Of a stretch of DNA of 64,000 nt, positions 41,628-52,539 are shown piece after piece. The stretch is from Blasia pusilla (lineage: Eukaryota), in the NCBI GenBank assembly GCA_050084515.1, contig CM114271.1:25358001-25422000 (forward strand). The letters are read 5' to 3'. Below the pieces are notes generated by a model, which worked only from the letters and a program-made list of their open reading frames with translations, ran no database searches and was not told the origin of the DNA. How positions within the stretch are numbered: position 1 is the stretch's first letter; each line of letters begins with the position of its first letter. Made by a program: the position numbers and the translations under genes.

Positions 41628-42880
41628 CTACCCTCGACTAGAGTAAGATGTCATGTGGTCCTCCATACTAGAGTCCACCCCTAACCAACATAAAAAGGCG
41701 GATGCATGCCAACCTGGCACCATCTCCTCATCAACCTCGCCATGCCATCTAACCCCAGTTGCATCCTCTTGGCTAGTATATGGGTTCCTACTCAACCCAT
41801 CAGCATTAAGGTTGGCAACTCCAAATCTATGTACCACATGGAAGTCATACTCCTGTAAGATAAGAGCCCACCGTGCAAGCTTCCCTATAAGCTTGTCGGA
41901 CTCCATCAACCACTTGAGCGGCTGGTGATGAGTAACAAGGGTAAACTGTGTGCCAAACAAGTAACACCTAAAGTGTGCCACAACCCACACTATTGCCAAG
42001 CACTCTCCCTCATATGAACTATAGGGCGACTCCGCTGCATTATTCGAACGACTTGCATAGGCCACCACAAACTCCATGTGCTCATCATCATGTTGTGTCA
42101 TACCGCTCCAAGTCCCAACCTACTCCAATCAGTGTGTAACTGAAATTGGCGCCCTCTAATAGGTCTCCTCTAGATAGGCGCCGCCACCAACTGGGCCTTA
42201 AGCTCCACAAAAGCTCTCTCTTGATCATCTCCCCTGTGCCACTCTTGATCTGATTTCAGCAATTGGTTCAAAGGCTTTGCCATAGCACTAAATCCCTTCA
42301 CATACCTCCGATAGTAGTTCGCCAATCCCATGAATGCCCGAACTCTACTCACATCTACCGGACGCGGAAAAAGTGCAATAGCCTCCACCTTTGCTTGCTG
42401 AACTCCCAAACCACCTGGATAGATCACATGACCCAAGTACTCAATATCCTCATGGAAGAACTTACACTTTCCTGGAATGCAAACGTAGACCATGAGCTTT
42501 CAACCGCTCAAACACCATCTGCAAATGTATGTGATGCTCCTCCACCGTGTTACTGAACACCAAGATATCATCAATGTAACACCGAACAAAATCCAACCTT
42601 GCTAGGATCCTGTCCATCACTCTCTGAAATTTGGCAGGTGCATTCTTCAACCCAAAGGGTAAGAATTTCCACTCGTACAAACAATCCTTGCCATGAGAGT
42701 GGACACCCCAAAATGTTGTCTTGGCCTTGTTACTCTCCCAAATTGGCAATTGATAGTATCCAGCCCGAAGATCCAAAGTACTGAAAATCTTTGTCTGTCC
42801 CACCACATCAAAGATCTCCTCAGGTGTAGGCATGGCATAGCTATCGGCCTTGGTTTTCCGATTGATAGGACGGTAATCTT
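41628..42880 (-). pseudogene. RT (N-terminally deleted) + RNase H of element 3
   Basis: DYRPINRKT...LDLRAGYYQL...LPFGLKNAP...CYIDDILVFS; ANYYRRYVKGFS; YSSYEGECLA...ARWALILQEYDF...NADGLSR. Confidence 0.92.
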
Positions 42881-42899
42881 CCACGATAATAGTCCGAAG

Positions 42900-43880
42900 T
42901 CGACGCTGATCGGCCATACCAAGACTCAAAATCCAAGTCAAACAATTCAAGTCCATGGCCTGATCCAACACAACGTCATGAAGCCTCAGAAATGGAAGCA
43001 ACCGTTGTCACACCAGTAGCAAATCCCATCGCACGCTCTATCTCATCAGCATTAGGCTCCACCAACTGTCGCACATGAGAATCCCATACAAGCCCAGGAC
43101 CACCTTCCCTGTATGCATGTGACGAGGGAAAACTCACAAATATGGGTAGTGCCATCCTAGGTTGGCCCACACGATTCACCACTGCCATGGGTGACCGATC
43201 AATAACCCTCACTACCTGAGAAAGTCGCCTAGTATCCAAGATACTATCCACTGTAAGGCAAGGATCCCGCTGCACTGCATCATATGCTCGACGTAGAACC
43301 TCCCTAGGCAACAAGTTTGTCCACCACAAGCGTGGACGATGTGCACGAGAGCCAACTCGCGCTGCATCCAACAACACCGCTGGTCCAATCCAAGACCGCA
43401 CCTCATGAACACTCGCCATCATCCGGGTCTGAGTGTCACCCAACAATGGAAAATTCTCCAGAATGTAAGCTAGAGTATGTGCCTGATGAACCTGAAGATG
43501 TCGTAACACCCGTAACATCTCCCAAAACAATCGAGACCTAGGGTCGTGTAATCCCTCACCACGACCACCACGTGTATGACCCTGACATGGCCATCCAGCA
43601 ATCACCAAATCCACAGGACCAACCCTCTCAAGGTCCTGCGCCCCCAACAATACAATGTGTGACGGCAAAGCACGTTGGTACCCACGAATAGCTGATGGCG
43701 GCAACAACTCAAGATATCTCCGCATCAACTGACCAATATGTCAGGATGAGACTCTCTGGGCCGTCTCATCTCGCTCCACATACACGTACCTCCGCACAGG
43801 AATACCGGCCTGCAACACTGCAGCCAAACCAGTGCTAATCCCACCAAAGAGATCTAACACACAAATGCCCTCCGACGGAT
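42900..43880 (-). pseudogene. DNMT3-like C5 cytosine methyltransferase domain within pol of element 3
   Basis: Motif I VLDLFGGISTG, II YVERD, IV DLVIAGWPCQG, V DPRSRLFWE, VI YILENFP, VIII DAARVGSRAHRPRLWWTNL, IX EIERAMGF, X VLDQAMDLNCL. At least one stop (43741) and one frame break near motif X. Confidence 0.93.
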
Positions 43881-44034
43881 ACTGCCATATAATGGGTATA
43901 GTATCCAAAGGGGATAACCCAACTGGACCAAAAGTAGGAGTCCGCCGTGGGGCCTCCTCTTCCTCGTGAGGTATAACAGCCTCACACCAAGCCTCTTGCA
44001 CTAGGCGATCAGCCTCTTGCGGTAGTGCACCGCC

Positions 44035-44820
44035 TCAACTCCAAAGTGGCACATCCAATGATGAGGATGCCACTGCTGCAAAAATAGGGACCTCCTCTAC
44101 CTCTTCATGCACAGGAGAATCCATAGCAGCAACATTACCCTCCAAAAAGTCTCTTGGCCAAGTGACTACTCCACTAAAACCAGCCAGAGATGCTAACACT
44201 GTTGGGGAAGACCCTCTTGGTCGAGCCCCATAAATAAATCTCACAGTAACTTGGCTCATATGTCCATCCCCGGACTGCCAACCAGGTCTATAAGACGCTG
44301 TCTCAGTCCAATAATCCATGTGAAAACCCATCCGGTACAATATTGCTCCTCTAACTAGTATATCATATTACTCGCATGATGTGACCACTGCACGTACTCC
44401 CAACCGAGATCTATCAGTCGCATGATCTGGTCTCAACAGTACAGAAAACTTCTGCCGTGTCATGAATTGAGACCTATCATTGGCTCCTCCAAGTGATGTT
44501 TGAATCTGGAATGGGCAAGGCTCAAGCTCTGACCTCCGAATACCCAAACCAATACATGTCGCCTTTCCCAACATCAAAGGTTGGGCACCAGAGTCTAACA
44601 AGACTCTATATGGTCTATACACCTGTCTTGTAGGACTTACCAATCGGAATATCCCATTCCGGTTGTCCAACATACATACACCAGGTGTAAGCCTCTCGCG
44701 ATCAATGGCTGGTCGGGTTGGTAATGCATCCATCTTCACCGCTGCTGCCTGCCAAGTAGCACTGATACTTAATGCTACACTTGACATAGAGGGTCGCTCC
44801 ACCGCAACACCCTCATCCAT
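44035..44820 (-). pseudogene. Aspartic protease of element 3
   Basis: RVLLDSGAQPLMLG...CPFQIQTSLGG. Confidence 0.85.
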
Positions 44821-45282
44821 CTCAGCACGTGCAGCAGTAACACCCCCACGTTCTTACAACGTGGCTGCTAACTGAAATACAGGAGCTAAGTTAACTCCTA
44901 AAGCCATTAGTTCCGTGGCCAAAAACAATGGGGATCCCAACACTGAAGTTGCCATCCGCAATACTGCATTGGATGCTGCAGCCGTGTCTACTACACGCGA
45001 TGTAGATGCCTCAGTCCCCAATGTCGGCTCAATAGGCTGCGTAGGAACCATGGATGGAGTCCTAAGCACCTCAGACAACAAGAATGACTGGGAAAGCCTA
45101 GCCTGCCTCCTAGCCTCATCCCTCTGTGGGTCCAACTCCACCGTAGCACCACGTGGCTCTGACGCTCGAGTGGCTCCTCTCGTAACTGCAGCCGATGCCT
45201 CAACTTGTGTTGCACTCGCCATATAAGAGAGATCATCCCCTCCATAAGAGATGGAAGCCCCTGCTCCCGAATCTGATCTATG

Positions 45283-46519
45283 CTAGATACCAGCCATAGT
45301 AGCCAACTTCTCCTCCAACTGCTCAATCTTGGCAGCCATAGCTGACTCTGTCATAGTGGTAGGGGTGGCCACCGTAGGCTCTCCAACCACCGGTCCACCT
45401 CTACCACCTCTACCACCTCTACCACCTCGGCCAATGCTCTCGAGGATGACTTGGTCTCCCGCAATGATCACACTAAAATGGGGCCGACTGAGGCCCATCC
45501 TCCAAAGTCCGTCTCCCATCCTCTTGGGGATAAAACTTCATAACATGATCACCTCCACATGTCCAACATGACTGTCCTTGCTACGGGGCAGCAAATGAAG
45601 GCAATGGTCTCTGCGCAAGTGTCCCTCTAGGACCTGACTGAGGTCGTGTGTACCCCCCACGACTCCCACTACTACTACCACCACCACTACTACAAGATTG
45701 TGAGGTGGGCTGCTGAACATGAGAAGTAGTAGTTGTATCCCTAGTGAATGCGGATGTCACCACTCTCTCCTTCACCATGTTAAGCTCAATCTTCTCAGAT
45801 AGAGCAAACACATGGGTCAATGTGGGTGAATCATCACTCATAAGAGTAGCATCACGTACCCTGCGGCGCAACTCTCTGTCCAAGATCCCATACCAAAACT
45901 GGATTGCCTAAGCCTGAGTCACACCCTAGGTAATTGATCAAGCGTCGCATACGAGTGTATGCCTCACGAAGACTCTCACCAGTCTTTCGCTCAAATTCCT
46001 GAAGACTCCTCAACTTCTCTATCTTCACTCCCTGATAGTTCTTCTTCAACCTCTTGAAGAACTCTGCAATCGGGCTGAACGATGGTCGGGCACTAGTACC
46101 TCCACTAGTACCCCCATTGGTACCTCCATGGGTACCTCCACTCGTACTCCCACTCCGGCTCGCACTCGTACCACTCAACGTCGGGCTGGTTAGCATAGTA
46201 GGAGCACTACTACCAATACCACCATGGGTGATAGACACATAGCCTGGAGACCAATATTGTCTCCACGCCTCAATCTCAGCAACATGATCCTTCCTAAACT
46301 CATGGTAATCATCCATGGGTGGTCCCTCCAAGTGCTAAAACAACCCCTTCCAAGCCAAGAAGGGTTCCGCAACATCTGCATATCACACCATGTATCAAAC
46401 TCCTGCATGAAATCCTCCAACTCAATGGTGCCCACTGCACTCGAGTATCGTCGTGGGCCCTTCATGGTCCCATATATTCTGTCCATGTCCCAAATCAATG
46501 GAGCTGCAACGTTTAACAA
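45283..46519 (-). pseudogene. gag of element 3
   Basis: AVGTIELEDFMQEFDTWCD, MDDYHEF, GVKIEKLRSLQEFERKTGESLREAYTRMRRLI (retrotransposon gag-like) and an RGG-rich nucleocapsid region. Confidence 0.8.
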
Positions 46520-48899
46520 CGTAGAAGACTCGGTGTTTGGAACACCCTCGTCCTTCTATTCATCAACTGTCGGAAGTGGAAAAGGTAGCCGATACCTCAA
46601 TCCACTCTGTGTAAAACCACCACTGTCCGCACCACGGTCCCCAACCTGACCACCAGACAGCTCCGTGATGACCAACGCCGATGCCGCACCACCACCAAAT
46701 TACCTCCACTAAGTAACCCAGTGACGTGGATGTCGTTGTACTATTCTAGCTCTACTAGCTATAGGTGTAGGCAACCTAACCTGTCATCACCACAAGAAGC
46801 CTCCCACGGTCTACTGGTCATCACTCCAGCCTCATTACTGCTAGCACACAGGAATAACACTACTTTGGAAATCAGCATCAACCCTAACAATGGGCGTGCA
46901 AGCAAGAAGCAACGATGGAGGGGATCCAAACACAAGAAGTCCAACGACAATCCTCCAATCGCAAATGGAAATCAAGGTAACACAATCCACCAAACGTGGC
47001 ATCCCCTGAATCCACAAAACCCACCACACAATTCTAACGCAATAGCTACTCCGCCGCGGGTCGATGACGCGCTAGTCGAACTTGGAGCACCATAAAATAT
47101 CACCTGTATGGAGAGGCTACACCGTACTATGTGCTAGAGGTCCATCAACCAAAAACCTGAGATGCATAAAGTGCCTAACACCTCTCCGAAGAGCACCAAA
47201 TGATCTACACCAATGTGTACACTGGCATAGTTAAGAACTCAGCAGTTAAGCGTCTTCCAAGCAGAATAGCCCAAAGATGGGTGACCAGTTATGCAACACT
47301 CAAATCACAAATCCTGCAGAAATTGCCTCACACCCAAGCAAGCAAGCAAGCTGCTTGCTTGCTTGCTTGCTTGCTTGCTCCTTGCTTCTTACTCCGCCTC
47401 TTTCTCCCACTCGCCCCGAGCTACCACGAGTTGCCTCGAAGCCTCAAAACGCCGAGAAATGCTTGAGACATGCCCCTATCGCCCGCTTCGCCATGCTTCG
47501 CTATGGAGAGAGGCCCAACCAGGGTAGGCATCTCCAACAATGAACGAGTCACCAACCAACCAGCCCCTCCAATCCGTTGTTGACCTTGAGCTAGTCCGCG
47601 AAATTTCGATCAGCAATTACTCCACAAATCCTCTACCAAAATTGAATTTTTTTCAACCAGAATTCAATTGACCACCATTGCTATCTCTCCACAAAAAATC
47701 AGCTACAACCAAGCTCTGCACTCCGAGCTAAAAATCAGACAAACTTGTTGTCCATACACCTCAAGAATCGCAAATCCGACAGCAATTCCGCCCAGTTTCA
47801 TGCACGTAGAAATCTGCAACGCTCCACACACTCAAGCAGATAGCTTCACATGAGATCACAATACAAGTAGCAATAGGAACCTCTCACCCAATCTGGATGA
47901 ACTTCAACACAGCTTCCGCACTCCAAGCTCTCCACATCAGAAAACCGTCGAACACGAACCAGAATCTTCAATCCTTGATAACTTCCAACTCCCTTGACGA
48001 AATCTGGCAATCTAAAGCGCGTTGGAAAGCTCTCACCAAGGCGCTTCTTTCCCAACCAACCACGCAGCAGATTCCTACCTCCAACATAGGCCACATGCCA
48101 TGAACATCCACGGATGAGTACACAATCAGCCCTAACCAGATCCTACTGATCCACAATCGAAGCTACCATGGATCTACTCTAGTTCTTTGAGTGAAATCCG
48201 TGAAAGACCTACTGTCATAAAACACATATAGAATCACATACAATCGAGCCAAAACCCACTCCACGATGGGAGAATCTAGGTCAAAGCTTGCGGGAAACAC
48301 CATAGCTAAGAGCTCTACTCACTACCAAGGCTAACTCCCAACGCAACACGCTCAACTCAAAGAACTGACTATTCTTTGGATGCACTCCATACTATATCCT
48401 CCAACCTAAGAGCGTGCCCTAATGGGAAAGTCACCCCAACTGAGTAACCTCCAACCTTATGTATGAAACCGCATCTCTACCTATCCACTACGGTCCTACA
48501 TAAGGTATGACCTCTACTAGCACACTATACTCTACGACATTATTCGTATGGTCATGACAAACTAGTGTATCCGGCTCCGCTCTCCTCCTGTCAACTTAGG
48601 GCCCATATCTAGCTCCCAAGTCTCCATCGTGACTACGGTAGGACTCTCCGGCGCGGGTATTGGTGGTTGCTATGGTGCAACCCCGTCTCGGACAATAGAA
48701 CTCTCATCTCCACGTGCAATATCCAGAACCACACTCGATGTTGTGGCTATCATTTCCTGGTGTACCTGCAAAACATCCCAAGAAGTCCAAGGGTGTCTCT
48801 CCCAATCATCCTTGGTGTGTTGATCTCCTCGGGTGTCGCCCCAAGCCACTGCCTCAACCATCTCGATAGGCGTGGGGCTCACCAACGCAATAGTTGCAA

Positions 48900-49885
48900 T
48901 CTGTCGTATCTTCACATGACGTTGCTCAGCTACTCCTAAGCTGAAAATCCATGTCAACCAGTTCAGGTCCATCGCCTGACCCAAGACATGACATCGTGAT
49001 GCCTCCGATAGTGATGGTACTTTCGTCACTCCTGTGGGGAATCCCATCGCTCGCTCTCCCTCATTGGTGTTGGGCTCCACCAACCTCTGTACCTGGTCAT
49101 CCCAAACCAAGCTAAGTATGGCGTCTTTGAATCCATAGGAAGCGGGAAAACTCACCAATGTGGGAAAGGCGGCTTGTGGCATGCCAATCCTGTTGACCAC
49201 AGTCAACGGCGGTCAATCATTGTGCCTCACTGCTTGTGATTGACGGCGCGGATCTAATATAGAATCCACCAACAAATCAAAGGGACGCTCCACTCTTGCA
49301 TAAGCCCTCCGCAATACCTCATGTGGTAACAAGTTGGTCCACCAAAGACGCGGGCGATGTGCTTGTGAACCCACACTCGCCGCATCTACCAACACTGCAG
49401 GCCAATCCATCCGCGCACCTCATGTACACTCGTCACCACGCGAGACCTCAAATCTCCCAAAATTGGCACATTCTCCAAAATGTATGTTGGAGAACGAGAC
49501 TAATGATCTTGTAAATGTCAAAAGATCCGCATCATCTCCCAAAACAATCGGGACGGAGTGTCAGCTAACCTGCTACCTCATCCAGCACTTGATTGGCCCT
49601 GACACGGCCAACTAGCAATGACCAAGTCTATGGTCCCTACCCGCTCCAAGTCTTGCATCCCAAACAATGAAATGTCCCTCGATAGGGAACTCTGGTAACC
49701 CTGAATGGCGGACGCAAACAACAAGTCGAGAAAATGGAGGTGTAACAACGCCATATGGTGAAGTGAAGCGCGCCTTGCAACATCATCAATCTCCACATAC
49801 AGGTACTGCTGCACGTGCACTCCAGCGTGCAAAACAGCAGCTAACCCAGTGTTGATCCCTCCAAAGAGATCCAACACCCAAATAC
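48900..49885 (-). pseudogene. DNMT3-like C5 cytosine methyltransferase domain within pol of element 2
   Basis: IWVLDLFGGINTG, YVEIDD, DLVIASWPCQG, YILENVP (~49468-49488), DAASVGSQAHRPRLWWTNL, ERAMGFPTGVT, CHVLGQAMDLNWL. Confidence 0.93.
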
Positions 49886-50229
49886 CCTTCTCAGGGATGC
49901 ACCACGCAATCGGGGTGGTATCCAAAGGGATCATAGCAGCACTCCTGCCTACCTGGGGTTCCTCTAACCCGTCACACTCTAGTGCAAATTTCTCGCTCCA
50001 CACGGTCTGCATGTGCTTAGTGGCTAAGCATCGGAGCTCCTCAGTCGAGCCCCAAAGCGACACCTCGCCTCCACAAACTACCATGACACTCCTCTCCATA
50101 GAAATGTCAAGAACGGAAGTATCCTCTGCGTGGACGTATCCCTCAATTAAATCACTAGGCCAAGTGATGGCACTGCTAAATGCTGCTAAGGTTGTGTCAT
50201 GGTAGCTATGGAAAATCCCATCGGGTATA

Positions 50230-50691
50230 ACACTGCTCCACCAACCAAGACGTCGTAGGACTCTACATCAGTCACTATCGCCTTGGCTCGCACCACAGAC
50301 TCATCTGTAGGATGTCTGAGCAAATCCTCACCACGACCTCCTGTCCGGTGATATACTGTGTGGTACTCGCTCTACCCAAGGATGTCTGTATCTGGAATGG
50401 ACAACGCTCCACATCGGCTCTCGTCAGGCCCAATCCTCTTAATGACGCTTTCTCCAACATCAGGGGTTGCGCTCCTGAATCCAACAAGACGCGCTGCGGA
50501 CTAAAAGCTCTACCTCCGAGACTCACCAATTGGAAGACCTCTCCCTTGTTATCCAACAACACAATACCAAGAGAAGCCATTGCACGCTCTATCCCGGGTC
50601 TAGCGGGCATCTTTACCATCCTTGCAGGCGCAACCTGCCATGGATCTGACGTGGACGGGCCGAGCATCCGCTCCAAGGGCAGGTCCATCAC
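50230..50691 (-). pseudogene. Aspartic protease of element 2
   Basis: QRVLLDSGAQPLML...CPFQIQTSLG. Confidence 0.85.
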
Positions 50692-50928
50692 CTCCTATGC
50701 AATCCCCTTTGAACGTGATGCAAAAACTCCAACTCCACGCTCACATAGCGTAGCGGCCAGCCGAAAAGCCTCGGCGGGCGTACTCCCAACGTCATAACAT
50801 CGGAAGCAAAAAAATAAAGGAGTGCGGTACACAACGGTGGCCGCCCCCAACAACGTGCTCGATACATGCCGATCCTGAGCATCAGCAATAGGAGTCATCG
50901 CACTCGCTTCTCCCATTGCCCTTCGTGC

Positions 50929-52539
50929 CTACACATCAACAACATCACTAACTCTCCAGGAACTCTGATTAGGACCTATTGATGGGGTCCTCATCGCCTC
51001 GGACAACGTGAAAGAGTGAGAAAGCCTAGTTTGTTTCCTGGCTTCCCCTCGTTGTGGATCCAACTCTGCGGTTGCTCCACGCATCACAACTATGGCTGCC
51101 TCCATCTTGGCAACCCCGCACATCCAACCAGGATCTTCCATATCTCTGGCTGCACCATATGATGTTGATGCCACGGATCCGGCATCGGGTAATCTCAATG
51201 CCATAGCGGCAATCTGCTCCTATAGATGATGTATGTGAGCAGCCATCCTAGCCTCACTCCCGGAATCTCCCTCGATGCGTCTAGGTGGTGGGACTCTACC
51301 TCCTCCATGGGCAGGTCCACCACTCTATCGGGAAACTCCAGCTCCTCGTCCTCCAACGAGACCACATGGTGCACAATCTCTAGGCCCACCCGAACCGGCT
51401 AGTTGCTTTGGTGCCCTCTCTAGCCCTCGGTCCGAACGTAACTCAGGATGTCAACTGAAATACCTAGCGCGTGTATGACCATACCTCTGACAATAGTCAC
51501 ACTGATAACCTCTTGGTGCAGCACCATCTCCTCCTCCATGCTGAGGCATAAGTCCATGACCCTGACGATTGTAATCGCGCTGATGATGGGCTTCACCCCA
51601 TCACCAACAAGTAATAGTAGGCGGCTGCTACAAAGCCGCATATGAAGGCGCATGTCTCTGTGGCACGGCCTCCCGGTATCCTCCCTAAGCTCAGAGTCCA
51701 CGTTGTTGCACAAGTGGTGCAGACAATCGTGACTGCTCTGACCTAGAACCCATGGTGGCTACACTCTCCTCCGCCATGTTGCGCTCAATGTTCTCGGCGG
51801 TCCTAAAAACATCTCTCAACGTAGGAGAGGTGTTCATAAGAAGCACCCCCTCCCGCACCCGTGTCCGTAGGATCCGGTCCAGCATCGCGTACCATGACTT
51901 GATAGCCTGAGCCTCTATCACCTCCTGAGTGAAGCAAGTGTAAGCCTCACACAAACTCTCACCCGGGCGCCTCAAGAAGTCATGGATGCTCCACAACTTC
52001 TCCATCCGTACCCCCTGGTAGCTCGCCCTCAACTCAGCAAAGAACTCAACTACGGGGTTGAACCTGGCACGAACCCGACTAGATGGTGCAACTGCTCCAA
52101 TACGATTGAACCCTCCTAAAATATCACAAGTGGAAGAGGAAGTAGCCTCTCATGACTCCTCCTCCTCATGTGGGAATAGCTCCGTCCATGATACATAGTG
52201 TGGGTCGTAGTATAGTCGCCATGCCTCAATCTCCAAGGCATATCTGTGGGAGAACTCATGGTAATTGTCCATGAGTGCCCTCTCTAAATGCTAGAACATA
52301 CCGTTCCATGCTGTAAATGGGTTGAACTCTCTAGAGTTCCTAGCCCGCTATGAGTCACACCAACTCCTAAACTCCGCAATGAAGTCGTGTAGCTCTATGG
52401 TGCCTACAGCACCCGAGAACCTACGCGGTCCTCTACCCCGGTTGTCCATCTCGTGCGCCCAACTGGTAGGTGCACTCAATGTGTACGGTGGATCACTAAC
52501 ACACTCCTCTATACGCTCCCCCTCATCTGATGATGACAT
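50929..52539 (-). pseudogene. gag of element 2
   Basis: MSSSDEGE...FSGAVGTIELHDFIAEFRSWCD; YQGVRMEKLWSIHDFLRRPGESL. Colinear with element 1 gag. Confidence 0.8.

Larger units (their letters stand above)
39407..48559 (-). mobile_element. Ty3/gypsy element 3 (family 2) nested in element 2: gag-PR-DNMT-(RT N-terminus deleted)-RH-IN-PHD; termini A'...PPT-B'-A'-B'
   Basis: A1' 48559-48192, PPT 39974-39966, B1' 39965-39859, GT spacer, A2' 39856-39490, B2' 39490-39407. TSD AGCT/AACT. Removing it rejoins element 2 pol (…SRIH[Q]LLRSYRSCFAFS…). The repeats are unrelated in sequence to family 1. Confidence 0.93.

Noticed and set aside
42976-44001. Host DRM/DNMT3 gene or a bacterial restriction-modification MTase (HGT or contamination)
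   Set aside because: Intronless, lies between retroelement PR and RT in two families, and has no UBA/PWWP domain or restriction enzyme partner.
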